Origin: Nitrososphaeria archaeon
GTDB taxonomy: Archaea > Thermoproteota > Nitrososphaeria > Nitrososphaerales > JANXEG01
NCBI GenBank assembly: GCA_029775915.1
Contig: JARVKA010000004.1
Location: 56,015-120,014 of the forward strand
Length of the DNA stretch: 64,000 nucleotides
Direction of reading: 5' to 3'
Shown here: piece after piece, positions 20,714 through 29,878 of the stretch
How positions within the stretch are numbered: position 1 is the stretch's first letter
Layout: each line of letters starts with the position of its first letter
Made by a program: the position numbers and the translations under genes
The notes under the pieces: generated by a model
What the model was told of the DNA's origin: nothing
Databases searched by the model: none
The model's input: the letters and a program-made list of their open reading frames with translations, nothing else

Positions 20714-21355
20714 CTATCTAATTAACTTCATTAAATTTAAATAACCTGTGAATTCGAGTAAAAAGTTTTGAAATTTTGATATAGGTACGATCGGGACTTT
20801 ATTTATAAAGTTGATATCATTACTGTAAAGCGTTACTATGATTGGTAATGTGAATTTCACATTTAACTTTGATGATAAATTACTTCTCATAAATCTTCTC
20901 GCTCTCTCAATTTGAAGTTGAACTATTTTATTCATAGCTGAGTGATTAATTCTCTTCCAATGCTTACAATCTATTGCTAAGCCTAAATCATTTTTTATAG
21001 CAAGTACATCAATCTCCATACTATGCTTTTTCCATCTAACCCTTTTACTTACAGAGTAACCATTTTGGGAGGATATGAAGCTAACAAAACTTTCAAAATC
21101 TTTCCAACTTAAAAATTTTGAAACCTCCTCTACACTCAATCCATATTTAATGCCAAGTATTGATGTAAACATTCGATCCTTATCCTCAAATTTTACTTTA
21201 TCATTAATTAAAATACCGATACCATTTTTAGATAACTCTTCCAAAACTTCTTTTACCACAATAACCCCAAGTTGGGCTTTAATCGCAATTTCATTTATTG
21301 AGTATTCTCCAAGAGAAATCTCAGGTAATATTTTGAGTAAAGTTCTTGGATTCAT
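20714..21355 (-). CDS. wHTH plus restriction-endonuclease-like (Mrr_cat/PD-(D/E)xK) domain protein
   Basis: The C-terminal core is LSWKDFESFVSFI...MEIDVLAIKND..LAIDCKHWK (D...D-x-K). The N-terminal ~60 aa are wHTH-like. Confidence 0.6.
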   Translation of the reverse strand: MNPRTLLKILPEISLGEYSINEIAIKAQLGVIVVKEVLEELSKNGIGILINDKVKFEDKDRMFTSILGIKYGLSVEEVSKFLSWKDFESFVSFISSQNGYSVSKRVRWKKHSMEIDVLAIKNDLGLAIDCKHWKRINHSAMNKIVQLQIERARRFMRSNLSSKLNVKFTLPIIVTLYSNDINFINKVPIVPISKFQNFLLEFTGYLNLMKLIR

Positions 21356-21394
21356 TTATAATTTAGCAGTTTTAGCCAAATCACATTAATTGAT

Positions 21395-22054
21395 TTATGT
21401 ATGCTCATGCTCCTCTAACGCTAAAATTATGTAATCAATAAAGCTTGATTCAGGCAATGCACCCTCAAAAGCTACAATATCATTAATAACTACTTTTGGT
21501 ACAGCCATAACATTATACTTACTTACAAGTTGAGGAAATTCTGTAGATTCAATTACATCAGCTTTAATGAGATCATTCTCTATAGCGAATTGATGAGCAA
21601 GCCTCACCATTTTGGGGCAGTAGGGGCATGTAGGAGTAACAAAAACTTGTATATGCACGGGTTTATTTATCGCTTTTATTCGATCCTTTGAAGTTTTTGA
21701 TAGCCTTGTTTCTCTACGTGAAACATCGATTATATCTTCAAGAAAACTGATAAGTTCATATCCCGCTGGTATGCCATAATACCTAATCCCATAATCTTTA
21801 TCACCCATAATTATCGTTGCAGGTATTTTATCTATACCATACTCTTTTGCTTTATTAGCATCTTTAACAAAATCATACACTTCAACCTTAATCTTATTTG
21901 ATACCTTACCCAATTCTTCTACAAGCTCACGTGTTTCACGACAATAAAGACACTCAAACTCTTGAGTAAAGTTAATTAACCTTACATCATATTTTATCTC
22001 TCTATCAAGTAATTGCTTAATGTATGCTAAATCTTTATCAGAAATTAATGGCAT
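21395..22054 (-). CDS. protein disulfide oxidoreductase (two thioredoxin folds, glutaredoxin-like PDO)
   Basis: Two CxxC motifs (CLYC, CPYC) within 219 aa. This is the typical archaeal PDO layout. Confidence 0.85.
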   Translation of the reverse strand: MPLISDKDLAYIKQLLDREIKYDVRLINFTQEFECLYCRETRELVEELGKVSNKIKVEVYDFVKDANKAKEYGIDKIPATIIMGDKDYGIRYYGIPAGYELISFLEDIIDVSRRETRLSKTSKDRIKAINKPVHIQVFVTPTCPYCPKMVRLAHQFAIENDLIKADVIESTEFPQLVSKYNVMAVPKVVINDIVAFEGALPESSFIDYIILALEEHEHT

Positions 22055-22086
22055 AATAAAATATGCACCATATTCAAAATATAAAT

Positions 22087-24510
22087 TTATTCAATATCGG
22101 ATCGAGAGCTTTTTCCAATAGCTGGTATTTCAGCAAATTTTGCTAAAGTCTCAGCCATCTCTCTCAACCTCTTATCAACTCTATAATTAACAGTATTTGG
22201 TTCGAATTCACCATTCTCCATTCTCTTACCAGCCCTTACCCCTGTTAATAACTCTATACCTTCATCAATAGTGCTTATAGAGTAAATATGAAACTTTCCT
22301 AATTTAACAGCTTCAATAATCTCATCCTTTAACATTAAGTTTTGAACATTACTCTCTGGGATGATTACACCTTCATCACCCTTAAGGCCTTTAGCTTTAC
22401 ACACCTCAAAGAAACCCTCAATCTTCTCATTTATCCCTCCGACAGCTTGAACCTCACCTTTTTGATTTACAGATCCAGTTACTGCAAGATTTTGCTTAAT
22501 TGGAAGTTCAGCTAAAGCTGAAAGGATTGCATAAAGCTCTGTACTCGATGCACTATCGCCTTCTATACCTTCATAACTTTGCTCAAAAACGAGCCTTGCA
22601 GATAAGCTAATGGGTTTATCTCGAGCATATTTGCTTGTTAAGTATCCTCCTAAAATTAACACACCCTTAGTGTGTATAGGCCCTCCTAATTTTGACTCGC
22701 GCTCAATATCAATCACACCTTCCCTTCCTAAACCTACACTCGCAGTAACTCGTGATGGTCTACCAAAAGTAAAATCTCCTAAACTTATCACAGAAAGAGC
22801 ATTCACTTGACCAATTTTTGCTCCTTCTGTATCTATTAATATTAAGCCTCGCTCAATCATCTCTTTAATCTTTTGCTGTATGAGATTTGATCGATAAACC
22901 TTCTCTTCAATAGCTCTTTTAATATGAATATCCTTAATGTATTTAGAGCCATCTTGAGAAGCATAAAAGTTAGCTTCTCTAATAATATCCGCTACCTCAC
23001 CAAATCTTGTTGATAATTTTCTTTTATCCTCTGCGAGGCGTGAGCTATATTCAATAATCTTCGCTATTGCAGAAGAATCGAGATGGCGCAAGTTTTCCTT
23101 TTTACATAAAGTACAAATGAATGATGCATACTTTTTAATATTCTCTTCATTTCTCTCTATAGCGATATCAAATTCAGCCTTTACTTTAAAGAGCTCTCTA
23201 AAATCTGGATCATAAATGTAAAGAAGGTGATAAAGTAATGGATTACCAACCAAAATCACTTTAACATTAAGAGGAATTGGTTGAGGTGTTAAGCTCTTTG
23301 TTGAGATAAAGCCTAGTCTTTCACCAACTTCTTCAATTACAATATTCCCATTTTTTAAAGCTCTCTTTAATCCATCGTATGAGAAGAGATTTTTCAAAAT
23401 TTCCTCTGCTGGTAGAACGAGAAAACCACCATTAGCTTTATGCAATGAACCACTTTTAATCAAAGTAAAATCGGTAGTGAATGTTCCAAATTGCGCTTCT
23501 TTCTCAATTCTTCCAAAGAGATTATTGTAAGTTGGATTTTCTTCAAAGATTACTGGCGCTCCTTTTAAATCTGAGTTATCCACAATAATATTAACCTCAT
23601 ACCTTCTAAATGGTAATTCTCTCATCCAAGATGTTAAAGTACTTAATTGTTGCGTCTCAGCTTTACCTGTAAATAAATCAATATTCTCTAAAATATCATT
23701 TCTAAGATCGTTTAAATAAGATTGAACTTCTGGTAATCCTTCATACTTTTGAAGAAGTGTATTAATGAGAAAGCCGAGAGCGTATTGAACGGTATCATTT
23801 GCAAGTTTTCTCAACTCCTCCCTCGTTTTTTTATCAAATTCTGATATTTGTCTCATAACCTCATTGAGTTTAATCTCTAACTTCTCCCTTCTTTTATCAT
23901 ACTCTCTTTTCAACTCAAGTGGTAATGATAAATACTCTTGATCAGTAAGGAGCCTACCAGCAAGAATTGGTATCATTATTATACCCATTGGTGTGACTTG
24001 CAAAGCGAAGCTTGAACGTTGAGCTTCTTCATTAAGTTCACTTAAAAGCTTCTCTTTATGTGCTTCTGCGATTTTGATTAATTGTTCACGCTTAGATACA
24101 TATTCATCACTTTGAAAGACTTTTGGTATAGCTCTTTTAGCTTCTTCAATAAAGTTTCTCACATCCTTTTGAAATTCTCTTGCTTTACCAGGGGGTAATT
24201 TAATAGCTTTAGGCTCATATGGATTTTTAAAGTTATTAACATAAACCCAATCTGGAGGTGTAGGTTTGGTCTTTGCTATCTCTTCAAGATAATCGCTTAT
24301 CGCCGTAACTCTACCTGTACCTGGAAAACCAGCCACATATATATTGAAGCCTTTAGACTCTATCTCAAGCCCAAATTTTAAAGCTCGAAGGGCTCGCTCT
24401 TGACCGATAATCTTATCCAAAGGTGTGAGCTCCTCAGTAGTAGCACAAGTTATCAAATCTAACTTACATTCTGCTTTTAAATCATCAGGTGAAAGTTCTC
24501 TAATCGGCAT
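22087..24510 (-). CDS. Lon-like protease with degenerate AAA-like module (LonC type)
   Basis: The C-terminal Lon protease domain carries the Ser-Lys dyad context (EGDSASSTELYAILSAL; GGINEKIEG). The Walker A position reads GFPGTGRVT and the Walker B position reads GGFLVLPAEE. There is a long coiled-coil insertion and no TM segments. Confidence 0.85.
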   Translation of the reverse strand: MPIRELSPDDLKAECKLDLITCATTEELTPLDKIIGQERALRALKFGLEIESKGFNIYVAGFPGTGRVTAISDYLEEIAKTKPTPPDWVYVNNFKNPYEPKAIKLPPGKAREFQKDVRNFIEEAKRAIPKVFQSDEYVSKREQLIKIAEAHKEKLLSELNEEAQRSSFALQVTPMGIIMIPILAGRLLTDQEYLSLPLELKREYDKRREKLEIKLNEVMRQISEFDKKTREELRKLANDTVQYALGFLINTLLQKYEGLPEVQSYLNDLRNDILENIDLFTGKAETQQLSTLTSWMRELPFRRYEVNIIVDNSDLKGAPVIFEENPTYNNLFGRIEKEAQFGTFTTDFTLIKSGSLHKANGGFLVLPAEEILKNLFSYDGLKRALKNGNIVIEEVGERLGFISTKSLTPQPIPLNVKVILVGNPLLYHLLYIYDPDFRELFKVKAEFDIAIERNEENIKKYASFICTLCKKENLRHLDSSAIAKIIEYSSRLAEDKRKLSTRFGEVADIIREANFYASQDGSKYIKDIHIKRAIEEKVYRSNLIQQKIKEMIERGLILIDTEGAKIGQVNALSVISLGDFTFGRPSRVTASVGLGREGVIDIERESKLGGPIHTKGVLILGGYLTSKYARDKPISLSARLVFEQSYEGIEGDSASSTELYAILSALAELPIKQNLAVTGSVNQKGEVQAVGGINEKIEGFFEVCKAKGLKGDEGVIIPESNVQNLMLKDEIIEAVKLGKFHIYSISTIDEGIELLTGVRAGKRMENGEFEPNTVNYRVDKRLREMAETLAKFAEIPAIGKSSRSDIE

Positions 24511-24803
24511 AATACTTTTTATGAAGATATAATTTATTTATTTAGTTTTTGTTTATGATGAGAATGTTGATTATTATTAAGCATTGAATAAACGCATAAT
24601 AGGAATGTGCGAATGCTCAAAAATTTTAAAGATTCTTAAGCATTTTTAGTGTTAGAAAAATTTTTTAAGAAAAATTAAATTTTTTATTGCACTAAAGGAT
24701 AAAAATTTATCACTTTTCTTGATAGTTTCACTAATTCTTGAAATTAAAAATCTAAGATTAAACGTTATTAGCTTATCATCTTAACTCATTTTCATGTAAA
24801 CAA

Positions 24804-25934
24804 TTATTCAATGAGTTTTTTCGGATTTGATAAAGGTATAAATTCTGCACCTTTATAGCTCTCAAGCCTCTCCCAAACCTTCATGGGATGAGCGTCTTCA
24901 ATAAAGAATTTTTCAATTTGCTCAAGCTTTAAAGGTAATGATACCAAACCTGTTTTATAATGTATAGAGTATGGTGCACGAACATCACCCATAGGCTTTA
25001 AAACTGACCAATCTATCAAGATTTGATGAGCTCTCTCAATTTTATGAGCAACTGTTGAAGTGGTAATCGCTCGATCCTTTTTAATTAAATCTGGGAAGAT
25101 TGATTTTAACTCATTAATCCTATTTTGAAGCTTATTCTCCAATTTTTGTTGTAAAATTATTGCCATTTCTCTATAAGCTTTAAAGACATCACTTTTAACT
25201 CTTAAGCTACTATTGTCAAATCTTGCCCAAATTTGAAAACCTCTTGAACCACTAAATTTAATCATTGGATAAATATCAAGCTCTAATAATAATTCAGCAA
25301 GCTCATAAGTAATTCTTTTAATGAAATCAAAAGCTTTCTCACTCTTTAATATCTCCTCTCCAGCATCAATATCAACAACAAATACATCGGGCTCATTCGA
25401 ATTTAATTTATGGATGTATGGTATAAAATCAACACAATGATCAAAAACATATTGCATTAATTTCTCTTCAGAATCGATTGTAAGAAATACTGGTTTTGGT
25501 TTATACTTAATGTATCTTACGAATATTGTATCTAAGCCATGTATAGGATCATTCTTACCAGAGAATACTTTAACTGCTGAGACAGCTCTATCTTTAAGAA
25601 AAGGTAGGATAAGCTTTGCTACACGTGGATAATACATTTTTGCAAGCCAAACCAATCTATATGAACGATTGAGTTGATCACTAAAATCTTTTATTAGTTT
25701 CTCAACATATTCATCAATACCATAATTAGGAGTATATTCTTCATTCACTTTTTGTATTAATCCTTTTTTAAGAAGATTGTTTAATGCATTTTCGATTTCA
25801 TCTTTATTAACCTTTCTCTTTTCGATAAATTCTACATCTCTTTGAATCTTCTCAAATATGTGATCGAATGTAACGGACTTTCCCTTTTCCTTTATAGCTA
25901 AAAGAAGAGTTATTCTATCCTCAATCGTTACCAT
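24804..25934 (-). CDS. archaeo-eukaryotic primase superfamily protein, LigD polymerase-domain (PolDom)-like, with N-terminal wHTH
   Basis: Motif I is VFVVDIDAG (DxD). Motif II is KFSGSRGFQIW, an SGxxG block with Q where H is usual. Motif III region is LIDWSVLKPMGDVRAPYSIH. The first ~90 aa are wHTH-like. Confidence 0.7.
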   Translation of the reverse strand: MVTIEDRITLLLAIKEKGKSVTFDHIFEKIQRDVEFIEKRKVNKDEIENALNNLLKKGLIQKVNEEYTPNYGIDEYVEKLIKDFSDQLNRSYRLVWLAKMYYPRVAKLILPFLKDRAVSAVKVFSGKNDPIHGLDTIFVRYIKYKPKPVFLTIDSEEKLMQYVFDHCVDFIPYIHKLNSNEPDVFVVDIDAGEEILKSEKAFDFIKRITYELAELLLELDIYPMIKFSGSRGFQIWARFDNSSLRVKSDVFKAYREMAIILQQKLENKLQNRINELKSIFPDLIKKDRAITTSTVAHKIERAHQILIDWSVLKPMGDVRAPYSIHYKTGLVSLPLKLEQIEKFFIEDAHPMKVWERLESYKGAEFIPLSNPKKLIE

Positions 25935-25979
25935 AGTTTAGCTACACCATTCAAAATAAAAAATGCCTCAGATAAACTT

Positions 25980-26010
25980 TTTTATCTCTAGCAAAGTATC
26001 AGAGATAAAA
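25980..26010. repeat. perfect 10-bp-stem hairpin TTTTATCTCT-N11-AGAGATAAAA upstream of the PolDom gene
   Basis: Read directly from the sequence. Related half-sites (AGATAAA/TTTATCT) recur at 25965-25976 and 28236-28265. Confidence 0.7.
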
Positions 26011-26269
26011 ATTATTTAACCCTTAAAGTCACCCAATTAATACTGGGTATCTAGCTCTACATTAAAAAATAGAATCTCAAAAACTTGTTTTTTGGCCTTA
26101 TGCTATCCGCTTGGATATATATCAATAAGGCTTTATCTTAAAGGCTTAAGTAACTGAGTATGTATCAGCTTTTTATGATGTGAATATAAGCTAATAATGA
26201 ATAAGATTAGGATGCATTAAAATTACTAAATCGTTTTATTTATATCACTAAGGCTCGGTTATATTGCAT

Positions 26270-26797
26270 TTAACATTTTAGTTTTTTGTTAGTATTCAAG
26301 TAGTCGATTAACCCTAATAACCAAAGACTCTCAGGTAAAGTAACATATGGCTTTCTCTTCCAATTTTTAATCGTTTGAATAATTTGTTGGCATATAAAAT
26401 CTTTCATATAAACAATATTAATACCCAATTGTTGCTTAATAGTATTTATAGTGGATTGAGAAGCATAAGTCGCAACATAGAGTTTGTCATATTTGTTATA
26501 AGGCCCGTTGAATCTCAACTTTTGCTTAAAATAGTCTACTAAATAATTTGTTACACTACTACCAAACTTTTTATTAAGCTTCGCAACATTTTTTTGCGAA
26601 TCGCCAGGTAAGCTACCTACTTCTATATGAAAAATTTCAAGAGTATTGCCATTTATTCGTGCACCTGCAACATCAACCTCTTGTCTACCCCCTGAAGTTT
26701 TAGGTATAGGGATTGGTATTCCTATCTCAACTAAGTAACCTTCCAGCTGTAGCCATTCTCCTATTATTTCCTCGCTCCAAGTCCTTGCGAATGGCAT
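26270..26797 (-). CDS. hypothetical protein with possible PD-(D/E)xK-like core
   Basis: 175-aa ORF with no competing ORF. The pattern GGRQEVDVAGARI...IFHIEVGS resembles a nuclease-fold core. No family could be recognised by eye. Confidence 0.5.
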   Translation of the reverse strand: MPFARTWSEEIIGEWLQLEGYLVEIGIPIPIPKTSGGRQEVDVAGARINGNTLEIFHIEVGSLPGDSQKNVAKLNKKFGSSVTNYLVDYFKQKLRFNGPYNKYDKLYVATYASQSTINTIKQQLGINIVYMKDFICQQIIQTIKNWKRKPYVTLPESLWLLGLIDYLNTNKKLKC

Positions 26798-27178
26798 GCT
26801 AAATCACTTAAGTTGAGAAGCAAATCCGAAAATATAAAACTTCTCACTCTTTGATATAATATCAACAGACCGCATCTTGCCGTTCTTTTGTTGATGAAAA
26901 ACTCAAGAATTCAAAAGAGGTTTGGATCCTAAAGGCAGTCAGCTCAACTCGTAGGTTCACCCTATGGTTACTCCTTTATCACTCCTTTGACCAGCTGCGG
27001 TCTGGGGTTCGTCCCAGTTTTAAGTATTAATTGAATATAATGATTTGAGCGGAATAAATTCCACAAAAGGTTTAATTGTGAACTTAATATCTTATTCAAC
27101 GCACGATAGAAAATAACTTTGACTAAAGCCATAGAAAATCATAGATTTATATATGGCCGCACACCATCTCTATTTGGC

Positions 27179-28035
27179 ATGTCAACCAAGAGATATTGGG
27201 AGAATCCCCTGGACATGGAGCCTCTTTATGAGATGAGTTCAAAAACGGTTGTTATATAGCCATAGGCTGGAACGATATGGATGATTTGAGGCGCTATAAC
27301 AATGGGGAAGAGATAAAAAGAGAATTCTATAATCTATACCCAATAGCCTGCCTGATCAGCTTTTAGAATTCTTTAAAAAGATGGAAATAGGTCATAAAGC
27401 CCTAGCTTACGGCAAAAAGACTATTCTGGCTTTGGGAGAGATTACACGCAATTATTACTATGAGGAAGATAAAGATCGGCCTTACCTTTATAATCATAGG
27501 AAGGGAGTATTATGGTATGAGATCTAAGAGTTTCCAATGGAAACTCTCCCGAGCGAATTACAAAGGAAGTTAATGAGAAGAAGAACAATCATAGAACTTG
27601 ATGAAAACGATTGGCAAATAATTGAACAAGCTATGAGGGAACAGAAAGAAGCAGAAAAGGTTGAGCCACCAGAAAAGCCACCAGTTGAGCAACCAACTAT
27701 AAAGGAACTCTCCTTCTCTATCAGCTTAGAAAGAGGCCTTCGTGATTACCTAGCTTATAACCCCAGTTTGCTTGGAGAAGGATTTGGAGTTAGTAGGAAA
27801 AGAATACACCACTGATGTCGGTAATATTGACATTCTCTTGAAAGATGCCAAAGAAGGGATGCGAAAGTGATGAAGTGGTTGGGCAGATCTTACGATATTA
27901 GGATGGGTTAAGAGAAATTTAGGCCCTAGCGTTAAGGGAGTAATAGTTACACACTCTAGCGACGTCAGCTTGGAGTTGGCCATTGAGGCGATAAAAGACA
28001 TGGTAAAGCTAAAGTTCTACAAGGTAAAGTTTTAA
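27179..28035 (+). pseudogene. frameshifted DUF91/NucS-like (PD-(D/E)xK) nuclease-domain gene with an N-terminal EVE/Mrr-N-like region
   Basis: Protein pieces lie in different frames. These are MSTKRYWENP..., CYIAIGWNDMDDL.., ALGEITRNYYYEEDKDRPYLYNHR, LRDYLAYNPSLLGEGF, EYTTDVGNIDILLKD and GQILRYxGWVKRNLGPSVKGVIVTHSSDVSLELAIEAIKDMVKLKFYKVKF. Several stops and frameshifts interrupt them. Track ORF 27537-27815 is one fragment. Confidence 0.7.
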
Positions 28036-28406
28036 ATTTCGGATATTCCTCCAATGTAGACTACAGGATGTCGTAGTCAAGACATATAGAGGGACTACCT
28101 AAAGAGAGGTTAGTATAGGTTTTAAAGACAAACGCCTTTCCAAAAAGTAGTCTCAAGTGAAGAAGCTGAAGAGTTAATTAACAAAGGTTGGAAATTCGTT
28201 GGTACACTACCCAATGGTAAAGTCATTGTATCAAATTTTATCTCTAGTTAAACGCCTCAGATAAATGCCTTTACATCATAAATCAGTTTAACTCTGAATC
28301 TTCATCGGCACCATTATTTAAGCTACCCTTAGTTTTAAATGTTTACTTCTTTTGTTGTAAATCATTAAATATCATTATTATTAATCACGACCTTCAAAAT
28401 GAAAGA

Positions 28407-29630
28407 TTACAATTTATGTTCTTTAAATGCAGTCTCAGCTATTAATTTCGCTAATGCCTTAGCCTTTTCAAGATCTTCAAGAAGTGGGCTACCCTTAACT
28501 TCTACACCTCCTAAATACTTAAAGCCTAAAGTATTGAGTAAATCAATCAACCTTTTCAAACCTCCGCCAGCCCAAGCAAATGTTCCGAAGACCCCTACAA
28601 ACTTATCTGTAAGTTTCTTCAACCCTAAAAGATTTACAAAATAATTGACTGGTGGAAATAAATCATATTCATATGTGGGCATACCGATAATTAAAGCTGG
28701 AGCATCTATCACCATTTCTAACATCTTTACTGGAGAATCCTCTACCAAATTAAGAATAACTGCCTCACCACCAGCCTCTTTAATGCCCTTAACAATAGAT
28801 TCCACAAATTTAAAAGTAAATCCATACATGGAACCAACAGCTACCACTACCTTTTTAGTATAATCGGGCTTACTCCAAGAAGTCCATAAATCCATAACCT
28901 CTTTAGCATGGATTGTATAAACTGGGCCATGGCTTGGTGCTAATACTTTAATCTTTAAACCCAATGCCTTAAACTTCTCCATAGCTTTCAATACGTGATC
29001 TCTATATTTACTAAAAACCCCTGCAAAATACCCCTTTAAAACACCACCATAAATGTATTGCTCAATATTTTCAATATTGGTATCTACAATTGCACCTTCA
29101 GGGAGATGTTTAAATGATCCACAAAGGTCACAACTGAATAAAACCTCTTCCTCAATTAAGTAAGTGCTCATCGTCTCTGGCCAATGAAGAAATGGTGTTT
29201 GAATAAACCTAAGGGTTTTACCCCCTAAATCAATCACAGTATCATCACCTTTAACGATTATGGTTTCAAGTGTTTCGATGTGATAAAAAGCTTTGAGTAT
29301 TTGAAAGGCTGCTGGTGTAAGTACCACTTTTACTTTAGGCATTACACTCAAAATCTTCGGTATCGCACTCGTATGGTCAGGCTCCATATGATTAATTATA
29401 AGATACTCGATCCTAGATGGGTTGATAACTTGCTCTATTTTATTTAAATGCTCTTCCAAGAATTTTTCTCCAACTGAGTCGATCAGTGCGATCTTCTCAG
29501 AACCGATTATTAAGTAGGAATTATAAGATACCCCTTCAGGTATATCCCATAAACCTTCGAAAAGTTTTGTACTAAAATCATTAACCCCTACCCAATAAAC
29601 ACTTTGAGTCACTCTCAAAGGTTTAGTCAT
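28407..29630 (-). CDS. fprA: flavodiiron protein (FprA; metallo-beta-lactamase-like plus flavodoxin domains)
   Basis: Diiron motif HMEPDHTS and a C-terminal flavodoxin-like domain (VVVAVGSMYGFT). Length is 407 aa. Confidence 0.9.
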   Translation of the reverse strand: MTKPLRVTQSVYWVGVNDFSTKLFEGLWDIPEGVSYNSYLIIGSEKIALIDSVGEKFLEEHLNKIEQVINPSRIEYLIINHMEPDHTSAIPKILSVMPKVKVVLTPAAFQILKAFYHIETLETIIVKGDDTVIDLGGKTLRFIQTPFLHWPETMSTYLIEEEVLFSCDLCGSFKHLPEGAIVDTNIENIEQYIYGGVLKGYFAGVFSKYRDHVLKAMEKFKALGLKIKVLAPSHGPVYTIHAKEVMDLWTSWSKPDYTKKVVVAVGSMYGFTFKFVESIVKGIKEAGGEAVILNLVEDSPVKMLEMVIDAPALIIGMPTYEYDLFPPVNYFVNLLGLKKLTDKFVGVFGTFAWAGGGLKRLIDLLNTLGFKYLGGVEVKGSPLLEDLEKAKALAKLIAETAFKEHKL

Positions 29631-29878
29631 AAATACACCTTTTCCAATCTTGATGGAATGGCAAATTTAATCTTTACGGTTACGCATTTTTGAAAGAATT
29701 TTCAATCAATAACTTGAATATATGACAATAAAGGCATCAATTATTTCAAATAAAAAATATCAAATGTATAAAATAATATAAAATATTACGCTAATGATAA
29801 CTCAATGAATTTATGCTTAATTTTACAATCCAAAACTTTAATTCATGTAAAATATGGAATTGAATTTAGAATTACACC

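Noticed and set aside
24511-24803. AT-rich repetitive intergenic DNA upstream of the Lon-like gene, considered as a possible CRISPR or tandem array
   Set aside because: It contains only homopolymer-rich A/T runs and one copy of the CTAACACTAAA core. There is no regularly spaced repeat-spacer structure here or anywhere else in the window.
27750-28001. 83-aa minus-strand ORF, and the 92-aa plus-strand ORF 27537-27815, as independent genes
   Set aside because: The plus-strand ORF is one frame-fragment of the DUF91/NucS-like pseudogene, and the minus-strand ORF is its antisense shadow.
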